Below, piece by piece: positions 26,001 to 39,738 of a stretch of 64,000 nucleotides of DNA. The stretch is from the NCBI GenBank assembly GCA_965153285.1, contig OZ229113.1. The stretch is one strand, 5' to 3'. The notes below the pieces were generated by a model that worked only from the letters and a program-made list of their open reading frames with translations, was not told the origin of the DNA and made no database searches. Numbering within the stretch: position 1 is the stretch's first letter; every line of letters starts with the position of its first letter. The position numbers and the translations under genes are program-made. The DNA comes from Podarcis tiliguerta. Its lineage: Eukaryota.

Positions 26001-27392
26001 GCTACCTCGCCGATGACACTTGAATTAGTATTTATTGTTAGTGAGTGAAGAGCCTGTGCCAATGTTAAAGAGAGGCTCAAAACAGGACAGGACAGCATGG
26101 CTCAAAACAGTATGTTCCTGAGGGTTCAAAAACATGTACTGCTGGTAATTCTAAACTTTGAGAGTAATAACCTTGGAAACAGTTGCCAGCCCAGCCGAAG
26201 CAATTGGATGCTGTTAAACTACATTTGCTTTTGTGTCCTTGGGTAAGCGATGCCCTTGTAAAATTGCAAAGCAAAAATGAGCCAGTTTCTCTCTAACAAA
26301 ACAGGCATAGTCCTGTGATGTGAAATTACTGGAAAGATGTGATTTGGGGAAATTACAGTTCCTTGTTTAGTATATGCTATGCATGCCCTCCAGCCTTCCC
26401 TAACCAGTATCTCCCCATTTCATTTAAATTGTAATGATTTCCTTTAAGGACAATTACGTTGCCCAAAAGCAATGTATGCATAATCATACCACTTTGCCAT
26501 GGTTGGGAGTAGAAGCAGAGTAAAGCTATTTATTAATGTGATAATTAACTGTTAATGCTGAGCAACCTAATTATATCAGTTTAAAAACAGTTTCCATGTT
26601 CGAGGCAGGTTGCTCCAAAAGATTTCTATTCAAGATAATAAAACGCTATGAATATCACAGCAAACCCTCAATTACACATTAAAGGATTGTGATCCACCTA
26701 TTTTTCCAACAAACAAATTCCAGCTTCATTAGCATATTTAGAGCCACACTTCCCTCGCTGTAATTATCTGCAGTGTAAGTTAGAAATTTTTGTTTTTCAA
26801 GGGGCAGCCATTACAAGCAGGGCCATAATGTATATGGCACCAAAACAGAAAGCAATCCTTTTGAGAGAGTGTGGTTTACTTGCAGTAATTGCAACTGCTG
26901 GTTCTGCTGACTTTTAGGGTCAAACTTTTCATGAGGTGCCCCTCTCTTGGGATCCATAAAAGTGCAACCGTTTATGCCAGGCTTAAGCATTGCTTTGAAC
27001 ATATTGAGCTGTTTTCTGCAGAGTTAAGACCACCTCTGTTCTGGTAGCAGCAGTCAGTGATGTGCAAATTCCACTCATTCAGTTAGGGATGGGCTCAGCT
27101 GAAACACGCTTTTGGGGTCCCATTTTACTCCCAGTGACACTATCAGAAATGTGATGAGACCCAGATACCCTGTGATTTAGCCCCTGAGCCCTAACCCGCT
27201 ACCTTCCCTACTCCCCAAATTAGCTGGGTGACTGTGGCATTAGTGACATCTCACAAACCATGAGCGCTGGTTTATATGTCATACTAGGACAGCACTATGG
27301 TTTGTCCCCTCCAAGCTTGGTAAAGGGAAAAGTAGGGCAAGTATAACTTGAGCACAGTTAGCTGGTTCACTGCTTGTTCAAATTAAGCCATA

Positions 27393-27636
27393 CAGTGGTA
27401 CCTCAGGTTAAATACACTTCAGGTTACATATATGCTTCAGGTTACAGACCCCGCTAACCCAGAAATCGTGCTTCAGGTTAAGAACTTTGCTTCAGGATGA
27501 GAACAGAAATCGTGCTCCGGCGGCGCAGCAGCAGCGGGAGGCCCCATTAGCTAAAGTGGTCCTTCAGGTTAAGAACAGTTTCAGGTTAAGAACGGACCTC
27601 CGGAATGAATTAAGTACTTAACCCGAGGTACCACTG
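27393..27636 (-). mobile_element. Tc1/mariner (pogo/Tigger-like) MITE, copy 1
   Basis: TIR CAGTGGTACCTC...GAGGTACCACTG, TA on both sides, internal TAACCTGAAG sub-repeats. Strand is given relative to copies 2-4. Confidence 0.93.
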
Positions 27637-27834
27637 TACTTCATTTTAGACTGGGACTTCCTGGGACATGCAAAGCAGGGCAATTTGTACTTTGAAGGAT
27701 TTTGCCTTTACTTTGTCCCATATTCCCTTGCAGGAAACATGGGATATGGGTGAATGGTGCATTTGATAAGAATATCCTAAAGAAAAATGTTGAGAACAGC
27801 AGAAATAGTTGCTGTGAATTCAAGAGATATTTGC

Positions 27835-27835
<1 letters not shown>

Positions 27836-27865
<30 letters not shown>

Positions 27866-27899
27866 CTTCTTCTTCTTCTTCTTCTTCTTCTTCTTCTTC
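27836..27899. repeat. (CTT)n microsatellite
   Basis: About 21 perfect units; it is the source of the poly-K and poly-F ORFs. Confidence 0.95.
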
Positions 27900-28160
27900 A
27901 TCGTCCTACCATTCACTGTAAGGTCTCAGGAGGGGTTGCAACAATTAAAACACAATGTTAAAAACAGTGTTAAAAACTGCTGGTTTCTCATGGATGCTCG
28001 GAACTAGTTGTGGAACTCTAAGTTAAGTAAACCACATTCATCATAAAAGTATAATACCTCCAGCCAAGAATGATCCCCTCTCCAGAAAACCAAAACAGGA
28101 TTCCGGGCACATTTGCAGTTATACTTCCAGCAGTAATCAGTGGTGAGGTGTAATACTGTA

Positions 28161-28402
28161 CAGTGGTACCTCAGGTTAAGTACTTAATTCATTCCGGAGG
28201 TCCGTTCTTAACATGAAACTGTTCTTAACCTGAAGCACCACTTAAGCTAATGGGGCCTCCTGCTGCCGCCGCACCGCCGGAGCACAATTTCTGTTCTCAT
28301 CCTGAAGCAAAGTTCTTAACCCGAGGTACTATTTCTGGGTTAGCGGAGTCTGTAACCTGAAGCGTGTGTAACCTGAAGCGTATGTAACCCAAGGTACCAC
28401 TG
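28161..28402 (+). mobile_element. Tc1/mariner MITE, copy 2 (inverted relative to copy 1)
   Basis: Same TIRs and TA TSD; reverse complement of 27393-27636. Confidence 0.93.
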
Positions 28403-29899
28403 TATTCAGAATTGCTCTCTGTAGCATTTTGATAATCTAATCTTTGTCTTTATTCCTGATTTTAGAAAATGGGAGCAGGCATACATGGGGCACCAACATG
28501 GCTCAGAGCTTTGACAAAACAGCTGAGTCGTCGTCGCTGGAAGCCCAAAAATATTTCGCAGGAGTATGGTAATCTTTTGTCAAGAATCATCAACACGGTT
28601 TGAATCACAGACAAGAAAAGTGGTGTGAGAAATGCTTCCCCCAAAGTCCAGTCTTACAGCCCCCTGGTAACACCTGAATGGCATGCCAAAATGTTGAGGA
28701 TTTCTCCCACATTCTGGTGGTTAGTAACATTGACGTGGGAATGAGGCACATCGTTCACTTTACTGGTGCATGGTTACTCTACAGAGATATTATTACAGCT
28801 GCTCTTGTTATGCCCTTGTAAAGAGAACTAGTAATCAATATAAGAAAGGCTTTGGAGAATCAACCCATCGTCATATTCCTAGAAGTACAGAACATGGCAA
28901 GAAAATCCTAATTTTTGCATCATTTTTGCAATTAAATCAAATTGGAGGGGGGGAAGGAGTGTATAAAATATTACTTTTTACTGCCTTGAAAAAACTCACT
29001 GCCTCTCAGGGAAAATGTATATTAGTGATAGATTAAAATGGCTAAATGCGGATATCTTGTTTGGGGTGATTCATTTCTTTCACCAAGAATTATTAGCACA
29101 AAATTTAAGACCCCTGACTTTCTACTTTTTCCTTATTTTAGAAATAAGAAATTTTGCAGCAGTTGAAGTCAATTAAATCCTAGATTATTGCAGAGCTGAT
29201 AAAATTCCGTTTTATTTCCCCATAACTCCTTCATAGGTCTTGTAGGAAGATTTTATATGGCTCTAGGGAATTAGGCTTCAAGCTGAAAAGGGAGGCCTTC
29301 TATCACAATGTCCAAGGCAGGGTACCCAAGGCAGGTGAAAATATATATACATAAAGAATCATAATATGTCTTCCTGAATTCTTCCTGCCTAATTTGTTTC
29401 ATCTATACTGAAGTAGAACATAGAACTGTATCATGGGAACAAATATTGTTTATCACGGTCTAAAACAGGGGTGGGAAGCCTTTTTCAGGCTAAAGCCAGA
29501 TCTAGAATGACCCACACTCCATGGCCATTTTTAGTTGGTGAGCATATGTCAATCACCTGCCACCACAGCAGCAAAGACTTAGATGTTTGAAGCACTTAGA
29601 TCAGAGTTAAGCCTCTGTTGGCTGCCTTTTAAAGAGCAAGCAGAAGCTTTTCTTTGCTCTTAGCACTGTGGTACTTAGCACCAACCTTAATGTATCTCCA
29701 ACCTTAATGCTTAGATTAATGCATATGACTGATGGGTGGGTGTGGTTTTTTCCAAAATGGCACCATAGGTTAAATTCAGAGGCCTGAGGGACCTAATTAG
29801 GCTATGGGTCAGAGATTCCCCCTCCTCTGTCTATATGAAAATAAAACAACAACAACAACAATCACAAGCAGATCCCAGGTTGGGTTACAACAATTTAAA

Positions 29900-30245
29900 A
29901 TTCAGTATTTAAAACATTTAAAGCAAATTACAGTGACAGGAATGGGGTAGATCCTGAAAACACACATTTCATGTGTCAAAAGGCCAGCATTCATTGAAAG
30001 CTGTACAGTGAAGTGCCTCCTCTGTCTGTGAGGAGGGATTTCCACAAATTCTAGGCCATCGCTCTCCAAACTCTTGAGTTCACTGGAACTACCAATAGGG
30101 CCCCCTCTGCTTATCATAGCACCCAAGAGGGTTTGTAGGAAAGGAGGCTATCTCTTAGATATTTGGGGCTTAGGTCATTTAGGGCTTTAAACATTAGCAT
30201 AAGCACCTTGAGCTGGGCCCAGAAAGAATCTGACAACCAGTGTGC
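29900..30245 (-). mobile_element. Degraded L2 3' fragment
   Basis: GAGGGATTTCCAC...TTTAGGGCTTTAAA...AGCACCTTGAGCTGGGCCCAGAAA parallels 18080-18320. Confidence 0.65.
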
Positions 30246-32459
30246 AGGCATATAGCCTCTATGATATGGGGAATAAGACATGAACACTCAGCTTCTAAAG
30301 GATGGCTCATATACGTACATCACAGCATTGCTTGGTGACTGTAACAAGAAGCAATAGTGTGAGTGGAACATCACTAATATATAACACCACCAATAAAAGG
30401 TTTTCTTTCACCCTCAAACACAATACCTTTCCATGGCAACAGATTTTCAGTCATGTTCAGAATATACACAGCAAGAATTTCATGAGGATGAGGTGGTAGA
30501 GCCCTGAGGCACTTGACTGGCTTTTGGTGATTCTCTGACTGAGGGTGCTGGGGCAGGCACGTTCTTGTGAAAAACACAAAAATTAAAAATGCCTGCAACA
30601 AACTAACTCACATAGCCAAGAACAGGCTAGTCCTAGACCCTGTTGTGCTGGTTTTCTTCTCGTAAGACAGCTATTTATATGCATAAACACTCAAAGCTGA
30701 TATCCCCCCACCTGTAGGTCAAATCGACTCCACTTTCTCAGCAATATCACTTCACTCTGCCACATATGTAGACTAGCACTAGTCTACCAGTCACCAAGTG
30801 TAGAATGGCATATATAGATAAGCCTGAATTTGCTAGTAAAAATATATATATAAACACTGACAATTTTTAAATTATAGGCTTGATGTGTAAATCTGGGGTT
30901 GGATGAACCACTTTACATATGTTTGTGTGTGTGATAGCTATAGTTGTCATGAGGAAGACAAACTGTGGAAACAAATAAACAGGGAGGACATTATGGGTGG
31001 TGGCACCCTGTGTTTTAAGCTTGTGATTTTATTATCTTTAGGTGCTTTTTGCTTGGCTATAGTAATGTTTTTCTGCCAATAATTTTATTTGTCTTGGATG
31101 TATATAGTGGTTGGTGCTTTACTTTTTAAAAATCTTACTGTGAACATTCGACTGGGTGGTGTATAAATATTGTAAGCAAGCAAATAAATAAATAAATTCT
31201 CCTCTCTGCTGCTACTTCAACACCATCCCTCCTCCCTGGATTAGAAGTTTTTTTCTCCTTCCTAAAGTGATGCTGGCCAATCAGGGATCAAGGACTGGAC
31301 ATGAGAATTACATAATATTTACTTAGCCAATGAGATCTGGATATGTTATGGTGCCACTGACGGCAAGCAAAGCCAATTGCAACGGACGCCAATGCTGTCT
31401 TGCATCAACCCCCTGAATGATCACTTTGCATGAATGAACACTTTTTTGCTCCTTTTTGGTGTAAACCTAAACACCAGCCCAAAGTACCGGGGAGACTTTT
31501 TTGATGCTGCCAAAAATATTCACAGAACACACACCCTTTCTGCCACAGTCCCAGAAGTCATGCTGCTTTCTCAGTTAATTAAAAATGGATAAAATTACCA
31601 TGGCAAGAAATAAACATCTTTTGAAGTGCACTTTAGAGTTTAATGGCATTGTCATTTGTGAATGGTTGGCAAGGGTTCCACAGGTGTTTTGCTGTTTCCT
31701 AATTTTTCACACATTTCAAGGGGCCATATCACACATTAGCAGATGCAATGGATGAAAGGTTTTGTGACAAAAACATTAGTTAAATGGTGGCTACTTTCCA
31801 TCAGGGAGGTCTGTGGCTTGGAAACAATGAGAGGCCATGGTCATTTATATGTCAATCTCATTAAGAAAATGTCGGCCATTTTAATGTAAGAAGTAAGCAG
31901 CTGCAATGGCTTCATTCCAGTTGCGTGGGGGTAATGTGGCCTGTTATGTCAAGTCAAATTGTGACTGCATCAAGATAAAAAACCAGAATTTTCAACATTA
32001 TATCTGCTCTATTACACTCTCTTTACATTTAACAATAATTTACTGTGAGCGTAGGGGAGAGAACCATCTAGCCATTTGTTAGCAACAAGGCTTGGAAAAA
32101 CCCTTTCCTTGCAGATAAAAGGGAAACCCTCCTGGGCATTCATTTGGTCACAATAAAAACTTGCTGCGAGAATGCATTTACTGTATCTCCTATGGGCATC
32201 TAGTGAGCAGAGTAGGGACCATGTTCCTCAGTGATCATTGTTCCCATATGAGGTTCAGAGAACTGGCGTCTTACCTTATTCTGTACCAATAGGTGGGAGG
32301 CAGCTTCCACGCAGCAGTTCCAAAGGGCTCTGAGTATTTGGTGACCATTGGTTATCTTCTTTTATTATTTCACTTTCCTATGTTTGGTTTGACATTATCT
32401 GGATTATTAATAGGTTCATTTACACTAATGTTTGCCTGGTTTTACTTATTTATTAAGTC

Positions 32460-32530
32460 TGGTGGTGGCTGAGTGGGAATTTGAACCCAGGCCCTAGTCC
32501 AACACTCAACCCTCTGCACTGTGCTAGTTC
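32460..32530 (-). mobile_element. Decayed tRNA-derived SINE head
   Basis: The - strand reads GAGTGTTGGACTAGGGCCTGGGTTCAAATTCCCACTCAGCC, including a B box. Confidence 0.55.
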
Positions 32531-34762
32531 ACAATTGTCCATTTGTACCCATTGCACCCCATGAAAAAAAAAGGCAAGCCATATTTAGGGTAACAGACAA
32601 CAAAAAACAGCTTTACCCACCAATGAATGCCAAAGTCAACTAAGAAACACTCCAGTGTGCTTTGTTTTTTGAGGCACACATTTCTCCTTCACATTGTGTG
32701 TTCTTTGTGACATAAAGTGTGAGCCAGCCCTTATCAAAATAGACAAACATGCACACACACACACACACACGGACAAAAGCATGCATTTTGTCACTGGAGG
32801 CAACATGACCCAGACTTCTTAGCCCAAGAGCTCTGTTCAGCAGAGCAATCTGCAGTTGTTAAGCTGCATGAACATGTGAAGGTCACAGATTTGAACTCCA
32901 CACCTGGCTGAGTTTTTTGTAAAGATGCAGCTGGGCTGTGGAAACCAATTTTGTACAATTCTGAAGGTGCCTCCAGCACGACGCTGCCAGGGACAAGTGA
33001 TTTCATATGGACCTGTTTCTTATTCCAGCCATTTGACACCCCCTGATTCAGGAGACCAACGAAGCAGCAGCAGTAACAACAACAATGAAAATATAATCTG
33101 GTGTTCTGGATTTAATGTCCCTCAAACTCAAATTGCTAGCTGAATACCCTCAATCGCTACCCAGTTTAAATGAATATGGCCTAATTGGTGGAGGGCTCTA
33201 TATTACCTTAGCAAGGACATGATGACCACAATCAACATTTTATAAATGCCAGACATTAATCTTCCTCTTTGTGCCTGCTGCACTTTAGCTGCCAACCTGT
33301 TTCAAGTAGCCCTCTGCCTTCGTGCAAACATTACTCATGCTGTCATTGTTATTTGGGGATCACTCTCCAAAGATGAGAAGTATAGTGGCTCACGCTAAGT
33401 GGATTAATATGCAGATGTAACATCAGTTCATTACCAGTTTCAGCAGCCCATAAAGTAATAAACATATGTGGGAAAGAGCTGGATAAATGCATACACCTCG
33501 CAATCCTGTGCAGGCCTACTCAAAAGCAAGTCCCATTGGCCTCCATGGGCAGACTCTCAGGTAACTGGGAGCACCACTAAAGCCCCACTGATTTCAGAAA
33601 GAAAGCGAGTTCAGTATATGCTGAACTCAATGGGACTTAAATATCTATTTAATTCTGGCTGGGTCACGCTTTGTGTGTTTTTACACAAGGTCCTGTGACA
33701 TTATCTGTGGCTAAAAGAAAAGTCTCCATGCTCTGAGGAGCTTAACAATTAAAAGATAGTTGGAAATAACTTTTCTCTCCAGTTATCTAGAATTAATTGT
33801 TATGGGCATTGGGACAGTTATTTATTTGTTTGCTTGTTTGCTCCTTCCATTTACAGACTGTTTAATTGCCAAACACATATGCATACGTGGAAGAAACCTA
33901 CAAACACCCAATCTACAAAGAAAAGTAACATTACGTAATACAGTACGTCTATAGTCAACCGCTACAGGGGACAGACCACTCTGCAAAAAAAAAAATTTTT
34001 TTTAAATGCAAACAGGACAATGATTAACATTTAAAGGGTTTCTAACTAGCAGTTCTTCAGGTGATGCAGGTGCAAAATGAAACAAGCAGTCTGGTGCTAT
34101 AATTCTATGGGCAACTGGCAGCATTTGGGACCACCCCAGGGGGCAGGGGGGAAGAATAATGGCCACTTACTCGATTCCAGGGTGAGCAGTTGTTGTGACC
34201 CACTGCCGTGCCTCCTGAACCCCACGTAGCCTTGCCCTTTGGTATTCAGTCATTGATGCATCCTCCTGGCCGACGCAAAGCATCGTGGGCAACTGACAGG
34301 CCCACTGTTCAAATTCAGCCTATTCACGGCAGCCTTGAGCACGGAGCTTGGGGGGCTGACCTGGAGGCTGCAGTCTTCACTCAGGTCCACTCCCCACTCA
34401 TAAAAGACAGCCAGCGCTGCTCCTAGCACTCCTCCTTGGTTTTTCCATCAAGATCTTCAGCTTGGATCGTTCTTTGTGGAGCACGTGGCTTGCCAGGGCC
34501 ATTTTCACACGCACCATTCCTCCTTGGGTTTTCGCAGTGACTCCCCTTCACTTTAGATGGTGGCCACCAGCAATCAACTGCTGGTGTCTGCCACTAGGTC
34601 TGGACTGTCATGCCAGCAACACCTCTCAAGCAATTCTGAGCAAACAATGGCCATGCCTGGGTATATAGCAAGGAGCCTGTCAAAGTCCTCTATGATGGCC
34701 CAAGTCAGGTTGATGCCTTTTTTGTAAGCCTAGGTCTTTCCCTCCCAGTTGAAAGACTGTGG

Positions 34763-34851
34763 CATCCTGAAGCAAAGTTCTTAACCCGAGGTAATATTTC
34801 TGGGTTAGCGGAGTCTGTAACCTGAAGCGTATGTAACCCGAGGTACCACTG
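34763..34851 (+). mobile_element. Tc1/mariner MITE, copy 3 (right part only)
   Basis: Matches 28299-28402 and ends GAGGTACCACTG-TA. Confidence 0.9.
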
Positions 34852-35385
34852 TATATTTCTATTCATGCATTCAGAAGTATGTTGGCATGGGGGGCTGCAA
34901 CTGAAGGAGGGGAGCAATTATGTTTGTGCTTCCCTGGCCTACCCAACTCCACGCTTGCATTAAGTGGGAAGATATGAAGGGAGGCTTGTAAGTGCATTCA
35001 AGCAAATGCACTCCCAAGCCCTCTTCAGACCTTCTCACTCCACATGTTTGAGTCCTCATACGTTATTGTGAATTAATGAATAGAGCTAGCACTCTCCTAC
35101 TTCACCGGCCTGTGGCAAGCATTACTGAGACAGCATATGCAGACACCTAGGAAACATACTAATTTTGGGAAAGCACAACATGGGCAGACCAGATGGCATA
35201 CAATGGCCATCAAAGACACGTCTCAGCACTGAAGCAAAGCTCTCCGCAGCTTAGCCAGCTACAACCATGCTACAGGCTGCTGTAAACAAAGATTAGGGCA
35301 AATGCAGTTGGAGGATGCTGAGAGCCTGATTCAGCAACAGTCATGTGGGGACTGTACTGATTTCTCCCTAATAATATTCATCATT

Positions 35386-35522
35386 TTATTCTTTATATGC
35401 TGCCCATCTGACTGGGTTGCTCCAGCCACTCTGGGCAGCTCCCAACAAAATATGAAGAACAGACTAAAGCCTGAAACATTTTTAAAAAACAACTTCCTTG
35501 TACAGGGCTGCCTTCAAATGTC
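35386..35522 (-). mobile_element. L2 3' UTR fragment
   Basis: GCCCATCTGACTGGG...CCAGCCACTCTGGGC...ACAGGGCTGCCTT is the same family as 17912-18045. Confidence 0.85.
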
Positions 35523-35542
35523 ATTGTTTGCCCAAATGAATG

Positions 35543-35780
35543 GATGAAATGGATTGATAGTAGATTGCGGACTGGAGGGAAATGGAAATCTCTCTTCACA
35601 CAATATGTGACTACATGGAACTGATGCCACAAATAGGGATGACAGCTAAAATGGTCTTTAAAAGGGACTGGGCAGATTACTGGATGATTTATCTATTCAT
35701 GGCTACTAGCTAAATGGAGGTCATGGTGCTAAATAGCCCGGCCATGTTCAGAGGCAGCTTATCCTTGACTGCCAAATACT
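35543..35780 (+). mobile_element. Degraded CR1 3' fragment
   Basis: ATGAAAT...TTCACACAA...TGGAAC...TTTAAAAGGGACTGGGCA...TCATGGCTACTAGC matches the CR1 ORF2 end and 3' UTR pattern. Confidence 0.6.
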
Positions 35781-36467
35781 GGATTTGTTCATTCCTCAGG
35801 CAAAGGGGGAAGAGAAGTGGGATACAAATCTTTCCTGAAATGTTTTAAATGAACAAATATGCAAATGATTTGATTCATTCAGAGCAAATTCCTTTCTGCA
35901 AAACAGAAATTAAACTGCATCAGATTGCACATCCCCCCATTCCTAAAGCAAATTTCTGGCTGATGTTTTGTTCTGGCATTTCAGTGTTATGCTGTAACTT
36001 CCAGCTACAATAATTCTCCGTTTCATAAAATGCAGAATTTTACAAGCAGTCCAAAGGCTGCCTAAATAAATTGAAATATTCGCCTCTGTGGAGATATTAC
36101 AATCCTGTCTTGTTCATATTTGGTGATGGATTTGAAACACACTTTTTATGTTATTACTTTGCCTCACTGCTTTGAGGAAAGCTTGGACAACTTATTTTAA
36201 GAAAAGAACAACTAGATCAGAGCACGTGCATCTGCTCTCATGTTGAAATTCATTTCCTTCTAATCACTGCTTGATTTCCAAAATTAGAGGATCTGGGGAT
36301 CAAGTTGCTCTGGAATACAAACAGTGTGAGCTCTTAGAATTTCTCCCATTTCCAGATGCACAGCAGTTGGCTGCAGATGGCCACTTAGTGCAAGGACTTT
36401 GCATGTGCCTCCAGTTCATTGTGCCTCCCTGCCCATTTCTTCCACAAGTAAATCTGTGCTCAAAGCA

Positions 36468-36632
36468 GGTCGCGTTTTCCCGCTTCCGTACATGCGTGTG
36501 ACGTCATTTTGAGCATCTGTGCATGTGCGAGCTGCGAAACCTGGAAGTAGCACGCTCTGTTACTTCCAGGTTGCCGTGGAGCACAACCCAAAAATGCTCA
36601 ACCTGAAGCACATTCAACCCAAGGTATGACTG
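36468..36632. mobile_element. Partial Tc1/mariner (Tigger-like) MITE of a second family
   Basis: Ends AACCCAAGGTATGACTG-TA; internal inverted repeat AACCTGGAAGTA/TACTTCCAGGTT; left TIR is missing. Confidence 0.7.
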
Positions 36633-36789
36633 TATATAAGAAGACATAACACTGCGACATAACACTAAAAATTGTGAATCAAGTAAGCATGCAGCTTAAC
36701 ATAGGTCACGTCAAGGTAGCCAAAGAGCAGCTCCCTTCTGAAAGGCTGAGGGACGGGGCAAGGCAGGTGGAAAAGCTACCCCCTGTTGG

Positions 36790-36985
36790 CTACCACAGTC
36801 TCTCACCCCACACAGCTGTTCCTCTGGCAGCAACTCCTTTCTGAAGCTTCCTCAGCACAGGTGAAACCAACCACCCCCTGAGGGGAAGAACTATTCCCTC
36901 ACACCTCTCCCTCTGGAAAGAGCTCCCTTGTGGACACCAGTGTTTTCTTAATTTCTGATCTGCTCCGGGCTCCGGGCTCCTGACA
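36790..36985 (-). mobile_element. Possible LTR fragment
   Basis: The - strand starts TGTCAGGAG and is purine-rich like the LTR at 19715; the other end was not located. Confidence 0.35.
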
Positions 36986-39044
36986 ACCATGCATCTGATG
37001 TGTGATAAAGCCATCCGTACAACTTGGTGGGAGAATACAAAGAACCAAACCAGCCCAGAGCTCCTCCTGATATAGAAGGGATTATCTGTATGGACTGAGA
37101 GACACATTAAAAGTTATTGTCTGCATTTCTGCGTCACTGGGTGTATTTAGTTTTGCTTTGCGGCATTGCAGTTGTCCCCTATGCTGTACAATCAAATGTC
37201 TATAAGACCTTTGCATGAAAACCTCTATAAATCAAAAGGACCCTTGTGTCTGATTTAAATCAGCTTCACTGGATGGATCCACGTATCAGTGTAAGTTTTT
37301 TAAATGCCACAGTAAATATTTGATTTGGTGCCGATCAGAAGAGACCAGTGCCCTACACACTTGAACTCACAGGTTCCACTAACTTCTAAAAGTCAGTTCA
37401 TACTTTGCTTTTCAAACTCAGGTCTGAACAACACCCTCGTTTAAATGGAGAAATACATGGTGTGCTATTACAGCATAGGCTTCTGTATCATTAAACAGGG
37501 AAGCGCCACTCAAGAAAGACTGAACGCCACTTCTGTTTTGATTACATGGAAACCTTCCCATTTTAAAACATGTTCTCCATGCGAAACTGAACATGTACAA
37601 CACATATGTTTTGTCATTTAAAATCAACTAATCATTCCTGAGTTTTAAAAGGGAAATGTGAACAAGCCATATGCTGTGTTAATATGGGGAATGTGGAGTT
37701 TGGGAGGTATACAGTGTGCTCTTTTTGAGAAATTCATCCACTGGTAATTCAGCTTCCAGAAAAGAGACATCACAGTGGAATATCACCCTAGCTCATTGCC
37801 AACTAGTTGTTGAATCTTTGCAGTCATTGTATGTTGTGATTATTTCAGTATACTGATAGATGCAATGCCATGTGTTCAGTGCAATATTGCTGATGATTTC
37901 TTTGGCTCTCCTCTGATTATTCTCACTGCCCTGGCAATTTGTACTCACATCAGTGGAAAGTAGGTGATGTCAGGCCTCATAATGGATGGTCACTGTAATT
38001 ATAAAAAATATGGAAAGAAAATTGCTTTTTAGCCAGTAATATCTTGTCAGAGATTTCATCTTGAACTAGTTAACTTGACAAATTTACTGAAACTCTGGAT
38101 AATTAAATTCCTGTAGCATGTAGCTGTCTTGTTTGATATTATTTTATACCACTTTTTAAACAGGGAAAATCATTTAATTGGCATTATGGACTCATTAAAC
38201 ACTGCAGTGGGTCTTCAGCCAGGTCATGGCTAAACAAGCTAATGGCATGTTTTATTCAGGTCTCTGAGAGTTATTCTTTGTTGGGGCATCGCCAATATCA
38301 GGCATTGGTATTTAAGGCATTGTTTGTTTATAACCATTTTGGTGTGGCACAATTGTTTAAGACAGTTCCTAACAGCAAGGCCAAAGATAATAATTAAAAC
38401 CACTTGAGAGCAGCCTCCCCAGATAAGCTAATCCACCCTGACTCAGTGGGGGCAGGGGTGCCCTACATGACCAGGAGGGGGAGAATGAAGGGGGAATGAA
38501 ATGAATCCAGCCTCCCACTCAGCATCCTGAACAAGTGATCCAGCCAAGACCACATGAGCAGCAACTCTTGAGGCACCTGATCAAGACCTGTATTTTAAAA
38601 TGAGCTTAAAAATATATTTGCAAATGTTTGTATGTTTCATGCCAGGCAGAAAAGCAGCTGGCTAAGTACTTTGGCAGTTGTTTATCCTCCTGAACAGGGC
38701 CCCCCTGATTTATAGCAGTAGCAGGAGGCAAGTTTCTCAAAGTTGTAAAAGGGAATTACAGGCTGGGAGCAAAGGTTATACTGACCCTACATATTGCAGA
38801 ATACAATCAAGCTGCAAAAACACTAATTAAGAGTTGGTAAATAGTAAGATTTATTGTTTAACAGAAAATAATACCATGAGCCATCTGTTTTAGCCATTTG
38901 TTTTGGAATGCAGGGGCAACAGGGGCAAAAGGTGATCTGGTAATTAAGGTGCCTTGTCAAGGCAAATGTAAGATATATGGCTACTTGTCTGCCATTTATG
39001 GATAGAAGGAAATATAGCTCTTTGTCTCCCATAAAAGGTAATAG

Positions 39045-39304
39045 GAAATGGGTGTATCTTTTATGATTGGTTCTAGCAAACAGCCAATAGGAATTTCAAC
39101 CAGGCTGATTGGACAGAGGCAGCCAAAGGAGGAGCAAGGGGGCTGGGCTGAGGAAATATAAGTGCTGGCCAGAGTGTGCAGAGCTTTGGTAACCATATAC
39201 CACTGTGCCTATCATTTATTTGTCTGACAAATAAATTATTATTTTAATTTCTATATTGCTGCGTTGAATATTTCATTCCAGCTAAGCACAAGCAGGGTGC
39301 TACA
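39045..39304 (+). mobile_element. Probable solo LTR remnant
   Basis: Ordered ATTGG/CCAAT boxes, ATATAAG, AATAAA and a terminal TGCTACA; the 5' end and TSD were not found. Confidence 0.45.
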
Positions 39305-39485
39305 CTCTCAGCTGGAGTGGTTCAGGAGACAGGGGTGCAGTTCCTGAGATTGTGTGCCCTGATGTTATCACAGAAGCCCATGTGTGCATATGTCCACTAA
39401 GTGTCATGCAACTGCCCCATGGCACATTAGTAGGCCTCAAGTAATAGCAATGGAATTTTTGTGAGCTCCAAATGACCACCTAAGG

Positions 39486-39738
39486 CAGGAGTCAACAAAC
39501 TTTTTCAGCAGGGGGCTGGTCCACTGTCCCTCATACCTTGTGGGGGGCCGGACTATATTTTGGAAAAAAATAAAATGAATGAATTCCTATGCCCCACAAA
39601 TAACACAGAGATGTGTTTTAAATAAAAGGACACATTCTACTCATGTAAAAACACGCTGATTCCCAGACCGTCCACGGGCCAGATTTAGAAAGTAATTGGG
39701 CCGCATCCAGCCCCTGGGCCTTAGTTTGCCTACCCATG
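39486..39738. mobile_element. hAT-superfamily MITE
   Basis: Imperfect TIRs CAGGAGTCAACAAACT / AGTTTGCCTACCCATG; perfect 8-bp TSD acctaagg (39478-39485, 39739-39746). Confidence 0.92.

Noticed and set aside
27641-28007. Poly-Lys and poly-Phe ORFs (and poly-Ser at 5608-5892)
   Set aside because: They are translations of (CTT)n microsatellites.
34190-34700. GC-richer LTR-like segments (also 16040-16335 and 62560-62880)
   Set aside because: TG or CA ends and TATA/CCAAT-like boxes are suggestive, but paired termini and TSDs could not be found.
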